A stretch of DNA of 64,000 nt from Promethearchaeota archaeon (lineage in GTDB: Archaea > Asgardarchaeota > Lokiarchaeia > Sigyniarchaeales > SOKP01), in the NCBI GenBank assembly GCA_048938855.1, contig JBHLLT010000004.1, positions 64,001-128,000 of the forward strand. The letters are read 5' to 3'. Numbering within the stretch: the first letter of the stretch is position 1; each line of letters opens with the position of its first letter. The notes below the pieces were generated by a model. That model saw only the letters and a program-made list of their open reading frames with translations. It searched no databases and was not told where the DNA came from. The position numbers and the translations under genes were made by a program. Below are positions 1 to 10,672 of this stretch, in pieces.

Positions 1-44
1 CATAAAATAATGTGTAATATACCGATTCTGAAAATATTAAAAAA

Positions 45-1334
45 ATGAAAATCTTATATCTTGATTTATTTTATTCCGGAATTTCGGGAGATATGTTTCT
101 TGCAGGTCTTTTAGGGTTAGTTCCAGAACCTAATCTTATTTTAAATAAGTTAACTGACTTGAAAGAGTTTTTACCTAATGTGAAAAAATTGAAAATTGAA
201 TTAATCAACATAGAGCGATTGGGAATTCAACTAAATCAATTAAAAATAGATATTGAAGAAACAAAGGATCATAGAACTGCTAAAACTTTAAAAGAATCAC
301 TAAATAATTATCTTTTAAATTCTGAACTTTCAGATTCCGCCAAAAGTTATGCTACTAAAGTTTTGAATACATTAATTCAAGCTGAAGCAGATGTCCATGG
401 AGATTTAACGGAAAGCATTCATTTACATGAACTGAGCTCAATTGATACGTTTATAGATATTATTGGAGTAGCAACAGTTCTTGATGAAATTAATGCTTTT
501 AATGAAGGAGTAAGGATTTCCTGCAGTAAAATACCTCTAGGTGGCGGTACAGTTAGTACAAATCATGGAATATTAGCCATACCCGCCCCAGCTACATTAA
601 AAATTTTAGAAAATTCAAATCTCATAATATTTGGAGGTCCAATAGATTCTGAACTAGTAACTCCTACAGGAGCTGCTTTGTTGGTAAACTTAGAGCCTAA
701 GTTTCATCAATATCCCGCAGAAATGAAATTATCTAAATCTGTTTTTAGCACGGGGCAAAAAAAATTTGATAATTTCTTGAATACTTTGAGAATATTTTAT
801 GGAGAAGCTGAAGGATCAAATTTGAATAGTACAAGAGACTATCTAAAAAAATATAGTGAGCAAATTTCTGTAATAGAAACCAATATCGATGATCTTTCAG
901 GTGAAATTCTCGGAAATTTTATTACTGTTCTTGATAATGAAGAAATTTTAGATATTCAAATATTCCCAACTATAACAAAAAAAAATAGACCTGGCCATAT
1001 TATAAAGGTTCTTTGCCAACCACAGCACACTTTTAAGTTAATTGAGAAAATTATAAATGAGTTAGGAACGCTGGGAGTAAGATTCAATGTTATAAACAGA
1101 ATTTGCATTAACAGAAAATTTGAAAAGAGAAGGATTAAAATAAATGATACTACTTATGACATTGATTATAAGATTGCATTTATTGAATCTGATAAAGGGT
1201 TAGAGATCGTTAACATTAAACCGGAGTATGAAGATCTTAAGAATATAAGTAGAGACACTGGATTAACATTAAAAAAAATTCAATTATTAGTAAATGCTGA
1301 AATAAAAAATATCTATAATAGCTACTATAAATAA
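45..1334 (+). CDS. larC: Nickel-pincer cofactor nickel insertion protein LarC
   Basis: SGISGDMFL, HLHELSSIDT, PAPATL, ELVTPTGAA, ETNIDDL and KPEYED motifs. Confidence 0.93.
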   Translation: MKILYLDLFYSGISGDMFLAGLLGLVPEPNLILNKLTDLKEFLPNVKKLKIELINIERLGIQLNQLKIDIEETKDHRTAKTLKESLNNYLLNSELSDSAKSYATKVLNTLIQAEADVHGDLTESIHLHELSSIDTFIDIIGVATVLDEINAFNEGVRISCSKIPLGGGTVSTNHGILAIPAPATLKILENSNLIIFGGPIDSELVTPTGAALLVNLEPKFHQYPAEMKLSKSVFSTGQKKFDNFLNTLRIFYGEAEGSNLNSTRDYLKKYSEQISVIETNIDDLSGEILGNFITVLDNEEILDIQIFPTITKKNRPGHIIKVLCQPQHTFKLIEKIINELGTLGVRFNVINRICINRKFEKRRIKINDTTYDIDYKIAFIESDKGLEIVNIKPEYEDLKNISRDTGLTLKKIQLLVNAEIKNIYNSYYK

Positions 1335-1388
1335 TGTAATTTTATAAAATAAAAATAAGAAAAAAAAATAGTTGGAAAATGAGTTCTC

Positions 1389-1931
1389 TTAGTATTTATC
1401 AACATTAAACTTATGCAGCAAAAATTCATCGTCTAACATTTCTTTTGAAAATTCTTGTAATCTCGAAATTTCTCTCTTAATATCTTTAACCTTTCTTAAT
1501 TTACCTAATTCCTGAAAAACTTCTACGGCTTCTTGGAATGCTTCGATACTTTTATCAAAATTACCGGATACTTCAAGATCTTCAGCAAAAAATATTAATC
1601 CTTCAGCTGTTTCTAATTTTTTACCAAGTTTTTTTTGAATTTTTAGTGATTGATAATGAAATTTCATGCTTTCAGGATATTGTTTAAAAAGAGAGTAAGT
1701 TCTTCCTAACGATCTAAGAACTAATGCTTCTTCTTCCGTTAAGTTGTGCTCCCTACAATGATTTAGGATTGACTCTAAAAATTGTAAATATTCTTGTTTA
1801 TTCTTTAATTGTGAACGATCTATTCGTTCCATTGCTTTATCATAGTTTTCTAAAGTATTCTTGATGTCACCATCTTCAAATAACTTTTTAGATTTCTCAA
1901 AAAGTTCAATATGATCAATAGATGCGACCAT
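1389..1931 (-). CDS. TPR-repeat protein
   Basis: Helical repeats with TPR-like pattern (LGRTY...A..F.Q.L). Confidence 0.75.
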   Translation of the reverse strand: MVASIDHIELFEKSKKLFEDGDIKNTLENYDKAMERIDRSQLKNKQEYLQFLESILNHCREHNLTEEEALVLRSLGRTYSLFKQYPESMKFHYQSLKIQKKLGKKLETAEGLIFFAEDLEVSGNFDKSIEAFQEAVEVFQELGKLRKVKDIKREISRLQEFSKEMLDDEFLLHKFNVDKY

Positions 1932-2216
1932 CGGGGTCTCAACTACTTCTTCTTGGAATTTTTATAAATTTTTTTTTTTATGATTAATTCAAAAATAAGT
2001 TCAATATTAATTATATTAATAAACCTTTTTATACTTATCTATCTTGAAATTGTGAATTTTCAAGATACTGACACAGCTTATTTCTCAATTTTGAAAAGGG
2101 ATAAATCCTTGAATAATATAATCCTTCACTTTAAGTAAAAAAATTCATTAAACGTTTAGATATTTAATTAAAGATTTGTTTAATTAAAATAATAGAAAAA
2201 AAAGGAATTATTTATT

Positions 2217-2888
2217 TCAAAATTTTATTATTCCTGCGATTCCTAAAGGCAGAAAGATACAAAGTAGTCCAATACCTATGCCATAGATTATCCCTACAAA
2301 TTTTATTTTTGATTTTCTCTCTGGTAGATCATATACATAAAAAGCTCCTACAAAGAAATAAAGATATCCTATTAGAAATAGTAGAATTGGATTATACCAA
2401 TTCCACCAAGGATATGCCCAAATTAAATACCCTCCAAGATTCAAGAATATTTCTACAATTACACAAAATAGAGAAAAACCAATTGCCATAGCCCATCGAT
2501 TAGGAAGTCCTAGTATTTTCTTATTCTTATCTTCTGGTAAAAACTTAGCAAAAACAATACCAGCAATAGAAAACATAAAAGCAATTTCGATATTCCATCC
2601 AACTAAAATTATATAAGCACTTGCTCCTGGTGTAGTCCAAAAAGCTGAGTAATCGGTAATAACAAGAACTAGTCCATTCCATATTTCATTAATGAGATCC
2701 AAACCTAATACAGTTAATCCTGCATAAACAGTATTCCAATTTCCAGTTTCTCTTGCGTTTTTAATTTCTACCGCATAAATATACAGCACAATAGCTAGGA
2801 GTGGAATAATATACCACCCGAATTCCGAATTTAATATACGAAGATTGTCCAGAGCAGTTTGTGAGTCTGGTGTTACCACAATTTTCAC
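2217..2888 (-). CDS. Hypothetical multi-pass membrane protein
   Basis: About 6-7 hydrophobic segments, Trp-rich. Confidence 0.7.
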   Translation of the reverse strand: MKIVVTPDSQTALDNLRILNSEFGWYIIPLLAIVLYIYAVEIKNARETGNWNTVYAGLTVLGLDLINEIWNGLVLVITDYSAFWTTPGASAYIILVGWNIEIAFMFSIAGIVFAKFLPEDKNKKILGLPNRWAMAIGFSLFCVIVEIFLNLGGYLIWAYPWWNWYNPILLFLIGYLYFFVGAFYVYDLPERKSKIKFVGIIYGIGIGLLCIFLPLGIAGIIKF

Positions 2889-3031
2889 TTATTATATTGT
2901 TGAATTTATAATTAATTAAATGCAATTAAACCCGAATATTTATATAATTTTACTAAGTGAATTTAGACTAAAATGAGAAGTATACTTAGTATTTTCGCTA
3001 AACTAATACTATTTTCAATTAGATTAAAATA

Positions 3032-3811
3032 TTAATCTGCTATTTTATTCGCAATTATTGCTGCAGAAGCTCCTGCACCAAATCCATTATCGATATTCAC
3101 AACTAATAACCCAGGAGAACAGGATTGTAGCATAGTGATAAGTGCTCCTTTGCCTTTTTCACCTAAACCATAACCACTGGAAATTGGTACTCCTATTACA
3201 GGAACATCCACTAGAGCTGCAACCACCCCTGGGAGAGTTCCTTCCATTCCCGCACAAACGATAATTACATGCACTCCACTTTTTATCATGTTACTTAATG
3301 GAGAAAAAATTCGATGTATACCGGCTATCCCTACATCATAACTGGAGATGACTTTACAACCCATAGCTTTAGCAATTATCTCAGCTTCAACTGCTATCGG
3401 GATATCAGAACTTCCAGCAGTTATAATTCCAACAATTCCTCCTTTATTTTCAAAGCTATAAGTAGATTCTTTAATAACTATGATTTTTCCTAACTCATGG
3501 ATATCAACAATGTAATCTTTATTATTACCAAACTTCTCAAGAACAGAGATCTTTTGTTCATTATTATAACGAGAAATTATCGCAAATTTTTTACTTTTAA
3601 GAAATTGAAGAGAAATTTCAATTAAAAGGGGAGATGTTTTGTTTTGAGCAAAAATTACTTCTGGTGTCCCAGTTCTTGTTTTACGAAAAATATCTAATTT
3701 CGCTAAATCGCCTACTTCTTCAATTAAATTTGCCTTTAATAATTTCTCAGCATCATCTAAAGAAATTTCCTTTTCAAGTAATTTTAAAAGAATAGTCTTA
3801 ATTTCACTCAT
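3032..3811 (-). CDS. larB: Nickel-pincer cofactor biosynthesis protein LarB (PurE-like)
   Basis: RTGTPEVIFA, AGSSDIPIA, DVGIAGIHR, AGMEGTLP, VVNIDNGFGA. Confidence 0.93.
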   Translation of the reverse strand: MSEIKTILLKLLEKEISLDDAEKLLKANLIEEVGDLAKLDIFRKTRTGTPEVIFAQNKTSPLLIEISLQFLKSKKFAIISRYNNEQKISVLEKFGNNKDYIVDIHELGKIIVIKESTYSFENKGGIVGIITAGSSDIPIAVEAEIIAKAMGCKVISSYDVGIAGIHRIFSPLSNMIKSGVHVIIVCAGMEGTLPGVVAALVDVPVIGVPISSGYGLGEKGKGALITMLQSCSPGLLVVNIDNGFGAGASAAIIANKIAD

Positions 3812-3954
3812 TAGGTATAACCTTTGCTAAATTCTGATTCTATTAAAATCAATAAATTATCATAAATTTTGTAGTTTTCTAAATTTAGAAAAAAATTATA
3901 ATTACTCACAATATTATAAATTACAACTCATTCAATTTTAAATCCTAAATTAAA

Positions 3955-5193
3955 GTGAGGAAACATATGAAAATTGACTATACATCTTTTAAAGATGTTA
4001 AATTAAAAGGTAAAAAGATCTTAATGCGTGTTGATATTAATTCCAACATAGATTTAGATAAAATGGAAATTAGAGATTCACCTCGAATACGTGCTCTTGT
4101 ACCAGCTCTTAATGAATATTTTAATAAGAGTGCAGTGATAATATTAGCACATCAATCTCGTCCTGGAGAGAAAGATTTTACTGATTTAGACATCCATGCT
4201 AAAGAGATCGAAAAACATCTTGGTCGTCCAGTAAAATTTGTAAAAGACATATTTGGTCCACAGGCGGTTCAAGCAATAAAAGATCTTAAACCGGGAGAAG
4301 TTCTAGTTCTTGACAACGTTCGAAAATTTGAAGGTGAAATGAAAAACTATAAGGACTTTTCTGACGCGGAAAATACTGATATGATTAAAACTTTATTTCC
4401 CTTAGTTGATTACGTAATTGTTGATGCTTTTGGAGCTGCCCATCGCGCTCATGCTTCTATCGTAGGTTGGCCAAAAATGATGGCAGGACCAATAACCGAC
4501 AAAGAATTAGATGCTTTGAAGAAAATAATGCATGAACCTGAAAAACCAATGGCTATGCTTATTGGTGGAGCAAAAGCATTAGATAAATTTAAAGCAATGA
4601 AATTTAATTTTGATAATGAAAAGTTGGATTATGCTCTTTGCTCAGGACTTACTGCTATCCTTATCTTTGAAGCTCTAGGTAAAAACATGGGAGAACCAAA
4701 CCATAAAATAATAGCTGAAGATTTAGAAGCAAATAAGAATATGATCATTGACACCTTTAATAAATATAAGGATAAAATTATCCTCCCAGAAGACTTAATT
4801 ATAGATGACAATGGTAATAGAAAGACGATTGGTATTGATGAAGCGGGAAGTTATAACACAACAACAGGAGATATAGGCCAAGCGACTGTAGATAAATTTA
4901 ATGAAATTCTAATGAAGTGCAAAACTATTGTTGCAAATGGTCCTCCAGGAATATTTGAAAAAGAAGTGTTCAGAAAATCAACAAATGAAATCATAGATAC
5001 TATGGTAGCCGCCACAAAGAAAAATAAAGCTCTTACAATAATAGGTGGCGGTGAAATGGGAGCCGCAGCTTCAATGGCAGGAAAAGTAGATGATGTGTCT
5101 TTTATATCAACAGCAGGAGGAGCCATGTTAGAAATTCTTTCTGGAAATGATTTACCTATGATTAGAGCATTACGTGAAAAAAAATATAAATAG
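3955..5193 (+). CDS. pgk: Phosphoglycerate kinase
   Basis: RVDIN, HQSRPG, DAFGAAHR, NGPPGIFE, STAGGAML; likely start ATG 3967. Confidence 0.95.
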   Translation: MRKHMKIDYTSFKDVKLKGKKILMRVDINSNIDLDKMEIRDSPRIRALVPALNEYFNKSAVIILAHQSRPGEKDFTDLDIHAKEIEKHLGRPVKFVKDIFGPQAVQAIKDLKPGEVLVLDNVRKFEGEMKNYKDFSDAENTDMIKTLFPLVDYVIVDAFGAAHRAHASIVGWPKMMAGPITDKELDALKKIMHEPEKPMAMLIGGAKALDKFKAMKFNFDNEKLDYALCSGLTAILIFEALGKNMGEPNHKIIAEDLEANKNMIIDTFNKYKDKIILPEDLIIDDNGNRKTIGIDEAGSYNTTTGDIGQATVDKFNEILMKCKTIVANGPPGIFEKEVFRKSTNEIIDTMVAATKKNKALTIIGGGEMGAAASMAGKVDDVSFISTAGGAMLEILSGNDLPMIRALREKKYK

Positions 5194-5496
5194 TAATTAT
5201 ATCTATTTTTTTATTTATTTATTGTACATTTTTTAAGTTGGTTTAGTAATAAATTATTATTTACCTCTAAAAATAGCTTTACCAGGTTTATTTTTCTTAA
5301 ACGACTCAATACCAATCTTTATATCCTCAGTTTCAAACATTTTTTAAAAATAAGGTTGATAAAACATTTTTGTAAATAAGTTGGTTAAGAAAAATATCAT
5401 TATTTTATTAAAGTCCACAAGAAAACTAATAAAATATTTATTTTTTAATATTATAAATTACATACGAGTAATTACATTATTCAAAAAAATAAATAT

Positions 5497-5570
5497 GGGC
5501 CCGTGGTCTAGCTCGGTATGACGTCCGCTTGACGTGCGGAAGGTCGTGCGTTCAAATCGCGCCGGGCCCA
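5497..5570 (+). tRNA. tRNA-Val(GAC)
   Basis: Acceptor GGGCCCG/CGGGCCC+A; anticodon arm TCCGC-TTGACGT-GCGGA; T-loop TTCAAAT. Confidence 0.95.
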
Positions 5571-5588
5571 TATTGACTTCTAAAAAAA

Positions 5589-6068
5589 ATGCCGATACGA
5601 ATTCGTTGGACTTCAAAGGAATATTTTGGTTCCCTCCTACTCTTATTAGGAATTAGTGGAATATCCCAATTATATTTTATTTATATAGGTCAATATTTCT
5701 TAGCCCTTGGAAATCATATAGTGGCAATATTAATTCCAATTGGAATCTGGGTAGCCTTTTTCTATGCTACACTTATTATCTTTGAAAGTTATGCCCAAGT
5801 TGAGAGAAGAGAAAAATTGAGAAGTAGATTTCGAAAAACAATTAGTAGAAGTTCAAAATTGAAGAGATTTTTAGATTTTCCCATTACAAAACCCTTGTTG
5901 ATAGTTTTTATACTCTTCAATATTTTCTTTTTTATCACCTTCTTTATCTCTGTATTATTCTTGGATCATTCTATGGCATTTCTAACGGCAGAAGTAATTA
6001 GCGCAATATTTATTCTACTTGTTGCGAATTTAATAGAGAGAAATTATGGTCGAGTAAGAAGAATATAA
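5589..6068 (+). CDS. Hypothetical 4-TM membrane protein
   Basis: Four hydrophobic segments with a basic central loop. Confidence 0.7.
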   Translation: MPIRIRWTSKEYFGSLLLLLGISGISQLYFIYIGQYFLALGNHIVAILIPIGIWVAFFYATLIIFESYAQVERREKLRSRFRKTISRSSKLKRFLDFPITKPLLIVFILFNIFFFITFFISVLFLDHSMAFLTAEVISAIFILLVANLIERNYGRVRRI

Positions 6069-6217
6069 AATTAAGACAAGCTCACCATTTACTGCATTTT
6101 GAAACAAATTTATTAAGCGGTAATACAACAATTATTATAGAAAGAGAAAGTTGTAATATAACGATTATTATTAAGGTATAGATTTTATATTCAATTATTT
6201 TTATTTCTTGAAATATA

Positions 6218-7066
6218 ATGGCGAGAATTGAAATTCGGTGTCCTCTCTGCTCGAAATGGGATCATATTGAGATTTCAGATGATGCTACAAAAAATGCTTC
6301 GAAAGGACTCCTTGCAATCAATATAGCTGCTGGAATGATATGTGAACATTCATTTATCGCATATGTAGATAAAAATTTAATTGTAAGAGACTGTTTAGTT
6401 GCAGATTTTAAGATTGAGCTTCTGGAGGGAGAGGAAACTGGCAAAAGTGAAGAAATAATTACTCCCGAAACAGAAACTATAAAATTAGACTTAATTAAAT
6501 TAAATATACCTCATATTTTAATGACATATATATTTAGAACTATTTTTCTTGGAAAGAAAACTTTAATCCTCTTAGATCAAGAGTTTCTCTATAATCCTTT
6601 AATAAATTTCTTTAAATATATCACTCAGAATTCATTTAATTTTGAATTAAAAATAATGTCTGAACTAGATTATAGAAATAAGAAAAATGAATTTGAAGAT
6701 TATATTATCTTAAATAACCTTAAAGTTATCAGAGATAAGGATAAGATAATTAATCCAAAAAAATTAGAAATTGAGCAATCTATTGTCCAAAAATTCTTCA
6801 AGGAGTATGATCTAATGGCAGGTCTTATTATCTTAAGAAATGAAATAAATAAAGCCTATGAATTCTCTAATTCTATTGTAGATTTTGCTCAAAATCAAAA
6901 AGATAAACTATTAACATCAAAAATAATAATAAATTATCTCTCAGATAAACATAATGAAAAAATATCAATGCCATATTTAACATTTTTAATTGAAATTGTT
7001 CATTATTATTTTAAAGTCGATATGCCTAAAATTGGAGGCGTTTCTGATCTATTAGGATTATTATAA
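6218..7066 (+). CDS. Hypothetical protein with N-terminal Zn-binding motif (CxxC...CxH)
   Basis: CPLC...CEH pattern; long ORF. Confidence 0.65.
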   Translation: MARIEIRCPLCSKWDHIEISDDATKNASKGLLAINIAAGMICEHSFIAYVDKNLIVRDCLVADFKIELLEGEETGKSEEIITPETETIKLDLIKLNIPHILMTYIFRTIFLGKKTLILLDQEFLYNPLINFFKYITQNSFNFELKIMSELDYRNKKNEFEDYIILNNLKVIRDKDKIINPKKLEIEQSIVQKFFKEYDLMAGLIILRNEINKAYEFSNSIVDFAQNQKDKLLTSKIIINYLSDKHNEKISMPYLTFLIEIVHYYFKVDMPKIGGVSDLLGLL

Positions 7067-7159
7067 TATGGATATGTGTAATAAAATCCTGTTATATTTT
7101 AAAAAAATTATAAATTTATTACATATTTAACTATAGTTGAATTCTCTATTTTTATAATT

Positions 7160-7181
7160 TCGTGAAACAGACCTTTCACGA
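7160..7181. promoter_or_regulatory. Inverted repeat, possible operator upstream of the enoyl-CoA hydratase gene
   Basis: TCGTGAAA-N6-TTTCACGA perfect 8-bp inverted repeat in the intergenic region. Confidence 0.3.
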
Positions 7182-7303
7182 TAATTCATACATACCAAGG
7201 GAATTCCTAAATATTATTTTTCACTTTGGGTATTCTAAACCTAATTTAGAAATCTCAAGTGATAAAATAAAAATTTAATAATAATATTATTGAAACTTAA
7301 TTT

Positions 7304-8137
7304 ATGGAATTTAAACAACTAATATTTGAAGAGAAAGAAAAAGTAGCTTGGATTACTCTTAATAGACCGGAAGTATTAAATGCCTTAAGTATGCAACTCT
7401 CAAACGAGCTTGTAGATGCTATTGAAAAATTACGCCAATCAACAAGGGTAAAATTTCTTGTCATAAGAGGTAACGGTGATAATTTCTGTGTCGGAGATGA
7501 TATAAACGAAATGTTAAAATGGGGAAATGCAAATGATATAACCCGCCGTGTTCGCTATTATCAAAATATGGCAAATCAATTAGAAGAATTAGATAAAATT
7601 ACCATATCTGCTGTCGATGGGTTTGCTGTTGGTGGAGGACTTGAAATTACAATGGCATGTGATTTTGTAATTGCTACTGAGAGAGCAAAATGGGGTATGC
7701 CCGAAGTTGATGTCGGAATTACTCCTGGTTGGGGGGGCACTACACGTTTAGCACGATTAATAGGAAGACGGAGAGCTAAGGAAATAAATTTAATAGGCGC
7801 TTTACATCCGGCAAAAAGAGCTGTTGAGTGGAATTTATGGAATCGTGTTGTTCCCAATGATCAGCTTATATCAGAAGTTGAAAAATTACTAGAGGTTTTA
7901 AGTTCAAAGAACCAGCAAGGTATAAGACAATTAAAGTTTATAATTAATCGCGGAGTTGAGTGTGATTTATATACTGCACAAGGATTTGAAGTACTCTCAG
8001 GTGCATTAACTGGAGCCGTTAGTGGAATGTGGCAAATAAATGATGCAGACAAAGGAGCAGGAATAATCGGTTTTTCTGGAAAAAATGAACTTTGGAAAAG
8101 AAGACGTAATCTGGCAAAAAATTTTTGGACAGATTAA
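7304..8137 (+). CDS. Enoyl-CoA hydratase/isomerase family protein
   Basis: LNRPEVLNAL, GFAVGGGLE, PEVDVGITPGWGGT. Confidence 0.92.
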   Translation: MEFKQLIFEEKEKVAWITLNRPEVLNALSMQLSNELVDAIEKLRQSTRVKFLVIRGNGDNFCVGDDINEMLKWGNANDITRRVRYYQNMANQLEELDKITISAVDGFAVGGGLEITMACDFVIATERAKWGMPEVDVGITPGWGGTTRLARLIGRRRAKEINLIGALHPAKRAVEWNLWNRVVPNDQLISEVEKLLEVLSSKNQQGIRQLKFIINRGVECDLYTAQGFEVLSGALTGAVSGMWQINDADKGAGIIGFSGKNELWKRRRNLAKNFWTD

Positions 8138-8299
8138 CTTGGTCACTGAATTTGGGAGTTTAGTAATTTTAACATTTTTTTTTTATAAAAAGATTAATTG
8201 AAAAAGATGTGCGTCTTTAAACCATTTTGGAAGGTTTTTTTGAAATTTTGGATCATCAAAAATAGTTATTTAAAAAAAAATATATAAAAAAAAAGGGGT

Positions 8300-9391
8300 T
8301 TAAGTACTAGAACCATCAACATTAATATTTCCTGTGCCTGTATCCAAGTTTAAGTCATAATTATATGTCGTTGGGAAATCAAGTGAATTAAATGGATTAG
8401 AACCCGGAATAAATCCTAATGTATTTACACGATTAAAGCTACCGGTCCCTGTACTTCCAAAAAAACTAGCACCCACACTAGAACTCGTATCTATATATTG
8501 CAGATTGATAGTTCCGGTTCCAGTATTTATATTTCCCGTGACATTTGCACCCATAAGACCATGTTGGTTGATACCAACAAATATTCCACCTGTCCCAGCA
8601 GATATTGCCCAATTACAATTCTGAGTATATTCTGTATGATATATTCTAAAATCTATACTTCCAGTACCTGAGGATAAACCAATATTACCACCGATGACAC
8701 TATTGCTGAGATTTGCTATTATTGATCCTGTACCAGCATCAAGTAATAAACCATTTGTAAAGTTTGTGTTTTTTCCATATAACGATATGCTACCAGTTCC
8801 AGCATCCAAATTTACTTTGTCTTGGATAGTAGTATTTTCTGAAACACTCATGTAAATACTTCCAGTACCAGAGCCAAGATCGACATCATCTAAAATCACA
8901 TTACTAGGAGTAACTAATCTAATTGATCCAGTGCCTGATCCTGCATTGATGTTATATATAACGTCATTTCTAAGAGTAACATTTATTTCAATATGAGCCA
9001 ACTTGAACCATGACGCAGGATTAAGCCAAAGATGTGGTAATTGCCTTAACCTAAATAAAATTGGTGGGAAAGTTCCATTTTGCCACCAACTTGTGGGGGG
9101 TCCGAAAAAATCAGCATATCCCATACCTGACATGAATAATCCTGACAATCTCATATCAACATCTATTCTGACGATATAAGGAGTATTTGAAGTGTTATAT
9201 CTAATATCAATTGCTCCGATACCAATATCTAAATTTAGTTCTTCTATTGATGAAGGGACCGCTTGATAGTGGAAAGTGAAAGATTCATCAATTGTACCTA
9301 AGGTTGCAAATCCAACTATGAAAAATACACCTGTACCCCCACCAATCAATAAAGCAAGAACTATAATCAATATTTTTGGAGTTTTTCTCAA
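8300..9391 (-). CDS. Membrane-anchored beta-strand repeat protein (DUF4097/adhesin-like)
   Basis: N-terminal TM followed by repeated (A/S)GTGSI motifs. Confidence 0.7.
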   Translation of the reverse strand: MRKTPKILIIVLALLIGGGTGVFFIVGFATLGTIDESFTFHYQAVPSSIEELNLDIGIGAIDIRYNTSNTPYIVRIDVDMRLSGLFMSGMGYADFFGPPTSWWQNGTFPPILFRLRQLPHLWLNPASWFKLAHIEINVTLRNDVIYNINAGSGTGSIRLVTPSNVILDDVDLGSGTGSIYMSVSENTTIQDKVNLDAGTGSISLYGKNTNFTNGLLLDAGTGSIIANLSNSVIGGNIGLSSGTGSIDFRIYHTEYTQNCNWAISAGTGGIFVGINQHGLMGANVTGNINTGTGTINLQYIDTSSSVGASFFGSTGTGSFNRVNTLGFIPGSNPFNSLDFPTTYNYDLNLDTGTGNINVDGSST

Positions 9392-9567
9392 AAATTCTCA
9401 CATCTGTTTGTGATAAATTATAAGCAAAGATATTAAACGGTGGTATTTAAATAAATTGTAATCTAATTATAAATGAAATTTAGTTTCAAAAAGGCCAAAT
9501 GTGTGAGAAGTTTTTTAAAATATTTCAATCCAAATTGTAAATGCTATTTAAAAAAATCTAAAAAAAA

Positions 9568-9670
9568 TGCGCCCTCCGGGGATTGAACCCGGGTCGCCAG
9601 GATCACCTTAATGTTTTCTTATAAACAAAAAATTGGCAACCTGGCATACTTACCACTATACTAAGAGCGC
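9568..9670 (-). tRNA. tRNA-Gly(GCC) with a 31-nt intron in the anticodon loop
   Basis: Acceptor GCGCTCT/AGGGCGC+A; CCAGG-TTGCCA[insert]-CCTGG; T-arm CCGGG-TTCAATC-CCCGG; insert at about 9602/9603-9632/9633. Confidence 0.92.
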
Positions 9671-9754
9671 CTTGTTCTAATAATAATAAAAAGATTTTTT
9701 AAAATTAAAATTTAATTGTTCTATAAAAGTAAAGAGAATAAAAAAGAAAAGGTT

Positions 9755-10639
9755 TTAAACTTTTTTCCTCAGATCGATTGAAACATCCATAGTATCGATA
9801 ATTCCAATATTTCTCGCCTTTCTTAAAACAAAACTAGTTCGTTTCTGTTTAATTTTATCCAATATTATTAAAGCAGGAATTGAAGGAATTATCATTATGA
9901 ATGGAAATGGGATAAATATTATCAGCAAGATAATAAAAAGTGGAAGGTCACCACTAGTTACAGGGAAAAAGATCGTAATAAATTCCACATAAGATAATAA
10001 AACGGATACACCGGCATATCCTTTTAAGAATTGCTCATACCATCTACCTATAGATCTAATTTCAAGAGGTTTATTTGTTTCACTTAAATTCAATTTATTT
10101 GAATATAATATCCCCGAATCCATTAAAAACCAAGTTGGAGAGAAAAGTAAGTTAGTGAATGTAAATGTAAAGATTAATAAAACGACAAACGAAACCGTAT
10201 AATTATCAGGTAATAAATTTTCTAAGGATACACCAAGATTTCCAGTAATAAAACGAACAATATCTGGATTTAATAAAAGTAATGAGATATTTATTGCCAT
10301 TAATGATGCAAATAAACCTTGTGATGCAAATTTAAATTTATTATAATCTGGTTTCGTATATATTCCATACTGATATCGGTTTCTAAAGATTTTTGTATGT
10401 GCAAATAGGAATAATGGAGTAAACATGTAGCCTCCTATTAATGTACCTATTATTGATGCTAAAGGTATAAACAAAATAGAAATGAATCCAATTTCTAACC
10501 CAGCATCTGTAAAAGGAATGATTGGTGATAGATTTCTGCTAGAACCTAACATTCTTGACATTGCAATAGAGATTCCAACCCAGAATAAGCAATAGACACA
10601 AAAAATAATAATTGATTTTGTGTATTTCGATTTTTTCAT
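9755..10639 (-). CDS. Hypothetical multi-pass membrane protein
   Basis: About 6 TM segments. Confidence 0.7.
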   Translation of the reverse strand: MKKSKYTKSIIIFCVYCLFWVGISIAMSRMLGSSRNLSPIIPFTDAGLEIGFISILFIPLASIIGTLIGGYMFTPLFLFAHTKIFRNRYQYGIYTKPDYNKFKFASQGLFASLMAINISLLLLNPDIVRFITGNLGVSLENLLPDNYTVSFVVLLIFTFTFTNLLFSPTWFLMDSGILYSNKLNLSETNKPLEIRSIGRWYEQFLKGYAGVSVLLSYVEFITIFFPVTSGDLPLFIILLIIFIPFPFIMIIPSIPALIILDKIKQKRTSFVLRKARNIGIIDTMDVSIDLRKKV

Positions 10640-10672
10640 AATAAGCTACCATCTTTCTTCTATTTTTATTTT

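Noticed and set aside
2040-2067. 10-bp inverted repeat TATCTTGAAA/TTTCAAGATA
   Set aside because: AT-rich single occurrence; cannot be distinguished from chance or an ordinary operator.
9602-9640. Alternative splicing of the tRNA to give anticodon GTG (His)
   Set aside because: The acceptor stem and discriminator are Gly-type and no BHB supports a 33/34 intron.
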